A stretch of 64,000 nt of DNA from Rhizophagus irregularis (lineage: Eukaryota), in NCBI RefSeq assembly GCF_026210795.1, contig NC_089434.1, forward strand, positions 930,001-994,000. The letters are read 5' to 3'. The translations under genes were made by a program, and so were the position numbers. The notes beneath the pieces were generated by a model, which did no database searches, was not told where the DNA came from, and saw nothing but the letters and a program-made list of their open reading frames with translations. How positions within the stretch are numbered: the stretch's first letter is position 1; the number at the start of each line of letters is the position of its first letter. Of this stretch, positions 13,969-25,020 are shown piece after piece.

Positions 13969-14781
13969 ATGTCGGATGAAAATGGACAAACCACTTCTTC
14001 CATATCACAACATACCTCACAAAATGGGTCAAAAAATAAAATAACTAGACAAGACAAAGTAAAAATTATTTTAAGGGTCGTATTAATGTTATTTTTACAA
14101 ATTTTTCTCCCATTTATTCTTTATTATACTCTTAACAATTATATACCAGAAATATGGGCATTGCTCATATCAGGTATCCCACCACTTGCTATGGCTATAT
14201 ACGGACTTATAAGTAAAAGGCGTGTTGACATTATAGGAATATTAATAATAATAAGTTTTCTTAGCAGCGCTATAGCGTCAGTGATAAATAACGATCCAAA
14301 GATTCAGTTATTACGAAAATCTGTGGTTTCGTCTATCATTAGTTTAGCATTTATCATTAGTTTAATTCCAATAAAAATTGGTACCTTTAAAATGCGACCA
14401 TTTGCATTCCATTTACTTAAAGAAATGGCAACAGGTGGAACCCTCGGTTATTCAAGTTCAAAAGTTAACCTTCGAGGTTTAACGGAAGATGAACCAATTG
14501 ATGTACGTTGGGATAGATATTGGGCTTCTTACCAATATTTTCGACGTGGATTTACCATTATGACAGCCATATGGGGATTTGGGTTACTTTCTACGGTTCC
14601 AATTCGTATTATTATTGTTTTCAAAGTATCATCAGTTGAGAAATCATTTCTTTATATAAACGTATTACAATATATTTGGATGTTTATGATAGCAATATTA
14701 ACTCTTATTTGCGCTTGGTGGATGAAGAGACAAGGTGATAAAATAGCTATTGATTCTAATTCTGATAAACCTCTAGAATAA
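13969..14781 (+). CDS. VC0807-family-like multi-pass membrane protein, paralog 2, intronless
   Basis: 270-aa ORF clearly homologous to 1346-2125 (ILRVVLM, LISG.PP, IPIKIGTFKMRP, SYQYFRRGF, DKP.E). Shares the ttctataaatatgtca promoter motif. Confidence 0.8.
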   Translation: MSDENGQTTSSISQHTSQNGSKNKITRQDKVKIILRVVLMLFLQIFLPFILYYTLNNYIPEIWALLISGIPPLAMAIYGLISKRRVDIIGILIIISFLSSAIASVINNDPKIQLLRKSVVSSIISLAFIISLIPIKIGTFKMRPFAFHLLKEMATGGTLGYSSSKVNLRGLTEDEPIDVRWDRYWASYQYFRRGFTIMTAIWGFGLLSTVPIRIIIVFKVSSVEKSFLYINVLQYIWMFMIAILTLICAWWMKRQGDKIAIDSNSDKPLE

Positions 14782-16216
14782 TCCATTTTTATAAATACAA
14801 AAATATAGAAAATCTAAAATATAATTTATTTATTTCATGTGTATTTTTTCTTACAATTAACTTCATTTTATTGCTAAATGTATATTATAACGATGTAAAA
14901 TAGGGTCAATCTCATTCATTGTAATAATATTGACAATTAATTAATTTACTTAAATGAAAATATAATTTAAGTGAATTACACGCTTAATTTCACCTAAAAA
15001 TTTTACATTAAAAATTCGCACATACTTTATTCAAAGTCGACGTGTTAAACACAAAACGGAAGTAAAAATTGCTATAACACCCGAATAATATGTCGGTAAC
15101 AATTTTCAAAAATATAAACAGCGCGAAAATGGATAAATTATTTGAACAAGTGATTACGTAAATAAATATTGTTAAAAGTATGATCCATTCAATTTCTGAA
15201 ATATCAAAGTTTAATAAGTATTCCAGATACAAAATAATTTGGTACTACCATAATTAAGTGAAAAATTGTAAATAATATGATTATATATGATTATCTGTTA
15301 TGATGTTAATTCTTACGATAAATTAATTCAAGTTCTAATTGGTCTTTTTTAATATTTCTCATTATCTTTATTATTAGTACTTCATAGTCGATAAATTATT
15401 GAAAATTGAGACGTATATTTAATGGTTACCCAAAATTTAAAACAATGGAGCCATTTAACGGTACAATCGGCATATAGCGAATATCGATATATGGTGAACG
15501 GCCATACGCAATTATAGTGTTACAGTACGTAGTACGTAACGTCGTAACTACGTATTATACTATTATATTATTATATGCTTATATAATATATAGTATACAT
15601 TTTATATAATATATTTTGTTTATTTAAATAAAATTAAATAATTATCAATTTAGTTGTAAAAAGGAATTTATTATTTAAAATGTATTTGAAGTATAAAATC
15701 TACTATGTAGTACAGTATATACGTACAGTACTAGTACGGTACAATGCAATTCCCAACCCTTGCCATGCGATTTATTTCGGAGGCAAATACAGAATGTAAA
15801 TTAGTTTATATTTATTACATAAAATAATTCATTTCAGAAGGTTAAATAAATATTCTTTTCAGAAATTTATCGTATAAGAATTATTTTTAGATCGTCAATT
15901 GACGGATCATCAGTTAAACTAATTTTGGTCATAACTCAAGTTGTTTCAAATCATTAATTTGGTCTAATTATATATTTATAAGTCATATAGGATTAAGAGT
16001 TATTACTAAATTAGTAAATTTCATATTACGAATAGGATCAACATATATAATCATGATATATTATTTATTATGATATATTAAGAGTTTAAGAGTTGAACCT
16101 TAAAAAAAAAAAAAAAATTGATAGTCATAATTTATATATATATATGCCCGTTTTTAAACATTTTCCATACAACATATCTGTCTCCTCGATTTACAAGAAA
16201 TATATTAGCTTGGTTT

Positions 16217-17197
16217 ATGTTCCGATTTTTTAAGTTAAACCAATCGGCTACTTTTAATAATAATAGATCATCTTTTGTAAATTATTTTTCAAAAATAAAT
16301 AATAAAATGTCTAATCTTGAAAAAGCGACGTTCGCTGCTGGATGTTTTTGGTAAAGTAATAATTAAAAATTTAAAATATAAGGTTAAATATGTTTAAATT
16401 AATTATAATATATTATTTATTTATTTAATAATTATTAGGGGCGTTGAACATATTTTTAAGAAACATTTTGATAATATTAATACTCGTGTTGGATATATTG
16501 GTGGTGCAACTGCAAATCCAAGATATAGAGAAGTATGTTAATTTATATCATAATGCGTTAATTATTATAATTATTATTATTGTTACATTTCATCTAATTT
16601 TATTCGTATATTCAAGGTATGTAGTGGAAATTCAGGACATGCAGAAGCATGTCAAATCGAATTTGATCCTACGAAAACATCATACGAGACTCTCGTGGAA
16701 TTTTTTTATAAAACTCATGATCCAACTACCGCAAATAGACAAGGTCCTGATGTTGGAACTCAATATCGTAGTGCGATATTTTATCATTCATCAGAACAAA
16801 AAGAAATAGCGGAAAAGGTTACTGAACAAATACAAGAAAAACTTAATAATGAAAAAAATTTGTATAGTGGAAATAAAATTGTTACTGAAATTGTTGAAGC
16901 AGCTGATTGGTATGATGCTGAAGATTATCATCAAAAATATTTGGTAAGTAAAAAATTATTTTTTAGTTATTCAAAAAAAAAAAGGGATCAAATTGTTGAT
17001 TTACTAATTTTACTAATTTGTAAAAAAATTCTTTTTTTCCTTTTTTTTCCTTTAGGAAAAAAATCCATCTGGTTACGAGGTATGAATCAAAATAATTTCT
17101 TTTATAATTTTTATTTTATATTTTTGTAATATAAAAGACTAAATTTTTTTTTTGTTTTTATTCAATTTAGTGTCCCACTCATTTCGTTAGATGGTAA
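16217..17197 (+). CDS. msrA: Peptide methionine sulfoxide reductase A, 5 exons
   Basis: Spliced translation KATFAAGCFW|GVEHIF..RVGYIGG..P.Y|VCSGNSGHAE..HDPT.ANRQGPDVGTQYRSAIF..AEDYHQKYL|EKNPSGYE|CPTHFVRW*. GT-AG introns. In-frame ATGs at 16217 and 16307. Confidence 0.97.
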
Positions 17198-18169
17198 CTT
17201 AGAGTAATGATTTTTCATAAATATACATATTTTTTTTTTTTAAATCATGTATAATTTCTATCATTAATAAAACATGAATAAATTTATAGAAAGAAACTTT
17301 ATTAAAGAAAATATTACAAAATGAATTTTTGTTATTTAATAAGAGCGTCAGTAATAATATAACATTAATAGTAATATATGTTCGTTCAATAAAATTTAAA
17401 ATAAAAACCTTTCCAATTCCTCTATTACATAGGTGATGAAATTACGCATTTCCTTTGACGATTTTTTCTTTAAAAAAAATTAGGCGATGAAAATTTGATT
17501 CGTTAAATTCAATTTAATAAAATTTAATATCAAATATTTTCTTGTTTTTGTCGTCCGTAAGTATCTATTTCATAAAAATTTCCTATAATGAAATCAGAAA
17601 GCTTATTTGTAAGAACGAGAGCATACAAGTGTATATCAAGTATTATACTTGCTCCATCTCAAGTACTTTCAATTTATTCACTTGATCTTTGATATTATTA
17701 AATAATAAAATTTTAATATTCTCTGTTATTTCGATCCTATCATCAGATTCTTTTCTTTGACTTTATACGAACATATATCATCTGGTACTGACGTAAAGCC
17801 CACTCTTATCGTTTGATGTGATTTATTGATGAAACTTCGCCGCTATTCACGTTTAGAAACTATTTAGAAAACTACAGTTAACTCGTTCTTTAACGATACT
17901 TTGGTTTACTACAATAATATTTTAAAAAACAAACTTATTATAATACACTTCGGCGCAATTCTATAAAGCACGGTAATGGGTATATATATAATCATTCAAG
18001 TGAGGCCATTCCTTTATCACATGAATAAGCTTGTTTATCTTTTGCGAGTCTAAGTTAACATAAATTAAAACTGCTATACAATGTAAATTATGGAATTCAA
18101 AAAGAATAAATTCACAGGATAAGTAAATACGTTAATAATTTCAAATTATGTACATTCTTGATCGAATTA

Positions 18170-18960
18170 CAATAATCGAGTAATAGCTTTAAATATTGCA
18201 CAAAAATACATTGATGAGAATGTAAATGTTTAAACTTGTGCATTTTTTTTTTTTCGTAGTTTTAGTATATTAAATAATAACTTTTTTTATATGCAGGAAC
18301 AGCAAGATTTTTATTGCTGTACATGGTCTATCGACCCAATATCAGGTGCGTCGTGGCAGGATTCACTGCAGTTATTAAAATTATTATAGATACGTCGGCT
18401 GGGTCTGTCACAAAGGTATAATAACATTTTTATATTACGAATTGATTTAATTAAAGATAAACTGCTTGTATGACTAAATATTTCGTTAAATTTTATACTC
18501 ATAGACCCTCCAAGGGCATGGAGGTGTAAGTTCGACTTTATCTTATTAAACATTATAATGAATCTTTATAAAGTTTAAAATTTTTAATAATATATATAGG
18601 AGATACATGAGATGAAGTCCCACCCTAGAGATCCATCTTTACTTTTTTCTGCAAGTAAAGATCTCTCCATACGTTTATGGAGGATCGATACTATGCAGAC
18701 CGTCACTATTTTCGCCGGGAGTGCGGCCATCGTGAAGCGCCGTTAAGCATTGTAACGTTTTCTTTCTTTATCATTAAAAACATTTCTTTTTAGATGTATT
18801 CTTATAAGAATTTAATTCTTTAGGATGTGCATCTATCCGGAGACTTCTTTGCATCTTCCGGCATGGATCGCACGGTAAATATCTGGTCGTTATGTACGCC
18901 GGTAATGAAGAACGCAATAAACTCTTCAATTTCAAGACCTTCGTCGTCGTCTCGTGCCTT
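18170..18960 (+). pseudogene. EED: EED/ESC/FIE-like WD40 (Polycomb PRC2 subunit) fragment
   Basis: Exons give DFYCCTWSIDP, VAG...IKIID, LQGHGG, EIHEMKSHPRDPSLLFSASKDLSIRLW, IFAG.CGHRE, DVHLSGDFFASSGMDRTVNIWSL. Frameshifts at ~18350 and ~18718; the C-terminal blades are absent. Confidence 0.85.
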
Positions 18961-19729
18961 CATGTTGTTCGTCGAACGACACGCCATTAAAGGTCACTAT
19001 CGAGCGGTGGTAGCTGTACTGTTATGTTTTTGCGGAAGATGAACCAACATCAATAAATTTTGATTTCTCCGTTCGTCCGAACCATCGGATGCTTTCTCAG
19101 TACTACTAAATGTAATACTTTCTGTTATCTGATGTTTTTTAATGGACTTACGGTTTTTTTTTGGCGGCAGACGTGCCTTGCTTTTTGAATTATTATCCGT
19201 TTATTCAGTTATTTCTCTTCCGGTGGACCTTTCTGCTGGTTTGAATTATCTGAAGGAATTGCTTGTTCGGTATTATTTGATGATCGGTTTCTATTTTTTT
19301 CGGGTTTGCGATTTGTTTGATGGCAACTAGATTCCGAATTATCTGAATTAAATATTAGGTTATTTAGTACCTGCTAGAAATAACCAAGTCATGCCGTATG
19401 TTTTATATTAGTTTTCGTAGTAGACCGTGTTTGATGTTTTTTATTAGGTAATTACATATCTTTAATATTTAGTATGTCATTATAGTAAAATAAGTTTAAA
19501 TAGTATTATATCTGGTTGCTTACCGGCATAATCCTGTTGTTTGTTTTTTCTTAATGTTGTTACAGTAATAACAAAAAGAGAAATTTTATGAATAAAAGAA
19601 AGAAAAGTTTGTAAATTATGTTTGAATTGTAAGATTTTTTTGGTTCGTTGTGGGAGAGTTTTTTTTTTTTACTTGTTTAAGAGTAAATATCAACTAGTAA
19701 CTGATACATCTGGCCCTAAAAAAAATTAA

Positions 19730-20588
19730 GACTTCTACTGCTGACTTTCAGGCACGATAGCTTATTTCATTTTCGTGTTTAAAATATTATAATAATGAGT
19801 GAATCTTAATTTTTCTACTGTCGGACTTTCAGGCGCGTATTTTAAGCAATAAAGGGTATTCCTTAAAAATATCTGAGTCTAGTGAACCAAAAAGAGGAAA
19901 ATGAGGAAGAGTAACAGGAATGATTCGATTACTAAACATGCTTTTAGGCGCGTATTTTAAGCCAAAAAAGGTTAAAAAGTAAACTGATACTACTGGGAAT
20001 TTATTAAGCAGATAGCTTAATTTAATTTACCCGCTACTGTCGGATGTTCAAATGCGTATATAGGTTATTTTATTAAGCAGATGGCTCAATTTACAATTTA
20101 CCTACTATCGGATTTTCAAACGCGTATATTTTTCAGAGTATTTATCTCGAGATTATTTTTGTCTGATATGAATGATTATTAAGCAGAGAATTTAATTTAA
20201 TCTACTATCGAGCTTATTTCTGTCTGATTTGACTGATTATCAAGCAGATAGTTTAATTTACCTACTATCGGATTGTTATAAGGAAATAAATATAAGGTAA
20301 TTAAAGTGCCGCTTTTATTTTATTTCCAATTACAGACTCGGTAGACCAATATTTGATATATACTGATATATATTAAAAACTATAAAATTTTACTTTCTCA
20401 CATATAAATATCGGTATAATTTGATATCGCGAGTATTTAGCTTATTTCTTTCTGATATTACTGATTATTAAGCAGGTAGTTTAATTTACTTACTATCGGA
20501 TTTTTAAGATAGTTTATAAGAAAATAAATATATAAGAAAATAAATATAAAGTAATTAAAGTGCCGCTTTTATTTTATTTCCAAATACA
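19730..20588. repeat. Degenerate tandem array of ctactRtcgga-containing units
   Basis: About 7 copies of ctact(g/a)tcgga, several preceded by ttaagcagatag. A ~130-bp direct repeat lies at 20211-20335 and 20439-20588. Confidence 0.65.
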
Positions 20589-20678
20589 GTCAGACCTCGA
20601 CTCTTGATATAACGATATTTTTCAATGATTTCATATGGATCCCAACAATTCGTTATTCGTTATATCGGAGTTTAACTG
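20587..20678. mobile_element. Tiny pogo/Tigger-like MITE
   Basis: TA-cagtcagacctcga..gatataacga ... tcgttatatcggagtttaactg-TA. Confidence 0.7.
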
Positions 20679-20837
20679 TATCTTCACTTAACGATAATAA
20701 TCCTGTGTAGCGAAAATTAGACTACCATAAATAATTTCGCTTACATTGCATTAAACCAAAGTAAATATAAATAGCTCCACTTTTCCTTTATTTTTTTTAC
20801 ATGAAAAATAAAAAACTAAATCCACTTTATTAACAAC

Positions 20838-22649
20838 ATGAATATGAATACACCCGAAACAACCAAAACAAACGAAACTTACCTTGGCCAAGATGGTAAG
20901 TTTTGTAAAACGTATTTCAACTTATAAACCTCCTTCTTCTTACTACCTTTTGACTTCTAGCCATTACTTCCTATCTAAGGGAGAGAAAGGGAAAGCCTTC
21001 ATATCATGGGTTCTTGACCCAATACCGTGATGTTATTGTTAAAACGTCGTTTTCAAGTAGTTTCTGGGGAGATCTTGACAACTCCTGGGCTACAAATTTC
21101 CTACGAGAAATGGGAAAACTTAACTTGAATAAAGAAATTCTTGATTCTTTAAAGGCAAAGGTGCGTTGTTTTTTGTTTTGCAAAGGGAGGGTAACTCCTA
21201 GTCGAACCGCTTCACGGCGCATTGGCTTAGGAGAATTACTGGATTCGTTCGTTTGGTAACCAACCCAAGCTCTCAATTCAGGCGTCCTCCCTTTGTCGTT
21301 GGTAAAGTCTGCCAGTTTTGGATGAAAAACTGGTTATGTACCTTCTTTCACATCTAGCACTGCTTCTTTGAGAATACCCATTGGGTATTTTAAGCAGTGC
21401 TAGATGGTACCACTAAATAAAATGTTGTGCACTACTAACAATCTCTTTCTCATATAGGTAAGTACAGAACGTTTGCAACGTAAGAAAGATTTGCAAACAT
21501 TCTGGCAGGGAGTGATCGAGGAATATGAAAAAGAAAACGTTAAGCCATCATCAAAAAAATGCCGCCAATCCATTATTACTCTTATTTGCCTTGTCGAAGG
21601 AAGTACAAGACTTGCAAACGCTTTCCCCATTGATATTAATAGGGAACAGCTTGTAGGTCATCTTAAAAAATTAATTAAGAAGGAAAATGATTTCATTAAT
21701 GTTAATGCAAATAAGCTCAGGCTATGGAAAGTGAAAATTCATGATGATGATGATGAACAGCTGAGCAACCTTTTACTTTTGGACAAAGATGAACTCCTCC
21801 CAACAAGAAAAATATCGGAATATTTTCCCAGCTCCCCTCTGCAGAGGCACATTAATATTATTGTAAAGTTGCCACATTCAGCTCTCAGGCTGGAAGAGGT
21901 GTTATCATATCCTCCACCTCATATTGGTTATTCCCCATATGGTACTACCTCAAAGACTACTACGAGGGCAGGTGGCAAACCACCAAGAAAGGTAATGCTT
22001 TGGGAGAATTTTTTCGATAATGTAAACGCGTACAGCTTTGATGAATTGGATCGGGAAAGGAAATTCAAAGAACCAATGTTTGTCAATGATTTTATAGTAA
22101 CTGAAGAAGAGGTCGTTCGACAAGCTCTTAATGTCAATATTTTTTTGGTATTAAACAGGCTTTTCTCTGATTATAAGTTTTCAATGCGGAAAGTTTATGC
22201 TTCCGGAAAGCCTGATTACTCTTGTTATTACCAAGAAAAGCTATTAATCTTAGTGATCGAAACTAAGAGAATACATATTTTAGAAGGCATTAAGGATGGT
22301 CAGAAATTGTCGGATTTTTGCAAAACGAATGCTAAAGCAAGGGATGTAGTTCAGCAACTTTACAATTACATGTCAGAAAATGAACTTCAATTTGGTGTGC
22401 TGTCTACATATGACAAACATTGGTTCGTTAAAAGAGATTACCAAGATATTTATATTTCGGAATCTCTTTCACTTGATTCAAGTTCCCCACCAGCCAGTTC
22501 TCAAAGCTTACGCGTATATAGCTCTACAGGCAAAGGAGAATCCTTATTCTCTTCATCCCAACAGAATTAAAGTGCAGGTAAAAGACGCGAAACAATCTCG
22601 CTATGACCTTCGGTCAAGGCGTTCTTCCAATACTTTTAAAAAAAATTAA
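20838..22649 (+). pseudogene. Crinkler (CRN) effector-like gene: N-terminal extension, CRN ubiquitin-like domain and PD-(D/E)XK REase-like domain; frameshifted near the 3' end
   Basis: Exons 20838-20895, 20961-21160 and 21458 onward splice in frame. CRN motifs ITLICLVEG..NAFPIDI, VGHLKKLIK, LRLWKV, HINIIV. Nuclease-like motifs GKPD..VIETK and QLYNYM..FGVLSTYDKHWF. A 4-bp ccag duplication at ~22490 shifts the frame. Confidence 0.85.
21180..21410 (+). ncRNA. Candidate structured RNA within intron 2 of the CRN gene
   Basis: A three-way junction plus two hairpins can be paired by eye. No known family recognised. Confidence 0.4.
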
Positions 22650-22719
22650 GTTCAAAAGTAAACTAAGCGAAGGAGAACGCCTTTAGAGAATCCCATTAAT
22701 ATATCAAAGTATAATAAAA

Positions 22720-23020
22720 CTAGATATCGTGGGTCCAGAGCGATTATTTTTATATATACATTTTTTTTTTTATCGATGTAGCAGTTTCAGTGACGTGACG
22801 AGTGCGGAAAAAATGGACTTCTCCACGTGATCCAATATGTGATTAACATAATTGCCAGAGCGAAGCGAAGGACAATACATGTCTACGCACTATGAAAAAA
22901 AATGATCACGTGAATTTCTGTCCACCACGTGATCGTCGCCCAATGAAATCGCAAATTTTAGTTTTTCGCTCTGGACTTACAACGGTTCCCTTATATAGTC
23001 CTTCGCTTCGCTCCGGACAA
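22720..23020 (-). mobile_element. Helentron-associated (HINE/DINE-like) non-autonomous element
   Basis: On the minus strand it begins tgtccggagcgaagcgaaggac and ends tcgctctggacccacgatatCTAG-tt. Contains sub-terminal inverted repeats and GCGAAGC mini-hairpins. Confidence 0.6.
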
Positions 23021-23129
23021 AATGTTTTAGAAATTTAATTTATATAGTATTTAAAAAAAAAAAATTTTTTTTTAGAATGTTATTAAAATATATATGTTAG
23101 AAATTTAATAATACGATTAATAATATAGT

Positions 23130-25020
23130 TGAGGTAATGTATTAGAAACAATTAATAGGAAAAAAATGTATATATTCATGGAATCCAATATTAAATACAA
23201 TGTGTTGTTTTAAGTGAAGAAGATTGTGAAAAATAAATAGGAAAATTAGAAAGTTAGTCAAACAAAAGATGGTAACAACAAACTGAAGAGAGAGTATTGC
23301 GAAAAATCTAATATATTGTTTAAACAACGAAAGTGAATTAAGTAATATTATGAAAATTAAAATAGCAAGTATAAAGAAGTACATTGGTTCAATGGATGTA
23401 TATTTAAAGAAATAGAGGCAATAAAAAACAAAAGAAAAAGAAGAAATTTTGGTTACTAGAAGTGTTATTTTGCTTAAACGATATTAGATTATAATCATAT
23501 AACAAAAGGAGGTATATAACGATAGACGAATTTTTACATACAAAACTTTATAATAACAGCCTTAAAAGTACTAAATCCACAAATATAATGTATATCTCGC
23601 AATTATTTGATGAAAATAATAAACTTATATCATGGAAACAGATAATTACTGAAGCAGATACTAGAAGTAGTAAAGGCGGTGTACCTAATTGATTTAAAGA
23701 AATAGAGGAAATAATGTTGAAAGACGTGAGCAAAAGGGAAGTGTTTGGGATATATGAAATTTGTGAAGAGAAGTATAAATAATTAGATGGCTTTTATATA
23801 AAAAATACAAGTCGGAAATTATTTGATTAAAAATTTAACGAAACGGAGAAAAACGATCTTATATTTATTATTAAATATTTCCATCCTTTTATCTATTACT
23901 GTATTAATAGAAGATGAAAATTTTAAAATGAATGTTTTAGAGATATTTTAGAGTCTAATTCAATAGATGAGTTCAATAATTTTATTATACGAACGCATCA
24001 ATTAAAGTAATAATAGAGGAATTGGTTGGGTTAGAATGGATAAGAAAGGAAAAATTTTAAAAAAAATTTAACGTCAAAATTACGAATAGTATGAACGTCA
24101 CAGAACTTGAAATACTAGCTGTAATAACAGTCCTAATTAGCATTCCAGAAAATAGTAAGATTATTAAAACAGATAATAGTTCAGTAGTTAATATACCGTA
24201 TATAGCGGGCCACAGTACCCCGGGTATCTTGCAAAAATCGGGGGTTTGACCCTGTACCCCCGGGTACTAAACAAAGCCTAAAAATTCCGTTTTTTGCGAA
24301 TATCTCACGATCTACCGGTCCAATTTGAACGATCTTTTTTTTATTTTGAAGAGCTCAATGAGAGCTATCAAACAAAAAAAGATGGCTAAATCTGATCACT
24401 GGATCACGAGATAATTGTAAAATATCCCCCGGGTACTATACAATTCTATGAAATTTTTCAAGGGGGGGTACTATGCATAGGGGGGGTACTATGGCCTGCG
24501 ATATACGGTATATAACTAATTGAAAAAAACAGTGAAACATGAAAAACAAAAAGAATATGAAATGTTAATAACATACAAATGTAGAAATGGATTAAAGATT
24601 TTATATTAAATAACAGGATTTTATTATCAATTGAAAAAGTACAGTCTCATAATAAGATAAAAGAAAATGAAATAGCATAGTATATTAGAAAATAATACGT
24701 GGGAATATAATATGTTCTGGAAAGGAAAAATTATTAGAGAAAACATAAAGAATGCAATTAAAAAATTAAATCAGTGTAAATACAAGGCTGAGTTAATTCC
24801 GCTAGATTTTTTTGAACGTATACAGAACCAAAATTAATGATGTTAAAGTAGATTGGGATACTACTTTTGAACGAATTTAACAAAGTAGATCATGATTTAA
24901 AAGATGATAAATTCACAGTATATAAAATTAAGAATTTTCTAGAAGGATTACCGACGTTAGAACAGCTTCATATACAGTAAGATACCCAAATATATTTGAG
25001 AACAAAATATATGTGAGATG
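23130..25020 (+). mobile_element. Degenerate non-LTR retrotransposon 3' part (RNase H and C-terminal Cys region)
   Basis: Broken frames give TELEILAVITVLISIPENSKIIKTDN, EKVQSHNKIKENEIA and KIKNFLEGLPTLEQL..RYPNIF...RC. Many stops. Confidence 0.7.
24196..24508. mobile_element. MITE inserted in the LINE relic (family of 7355-7580)
   Basis: TIRs ccgtatatagcgggccacagtacccc and ggggtactatggcctgcgatatacgg. TA TSD. Confidence 0.88.

Noticed and set aside
15520..15745. TACGTA/GTAC-rich palindromic patch
   Set aside because: Low-complexity sequence with no defined ends or stable long stem.
19730..20588. CRISPR array
   Set aside because: The repeats are degenerate, spacers are irregular and partly homologous, no cas genes are present, and the context is eukaryotic.
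21195..21215. tRNA or SINE (GGTTCGACT on the minus strand)
   Set aside because: No T-stem, cloverleaf or A-box could be built.
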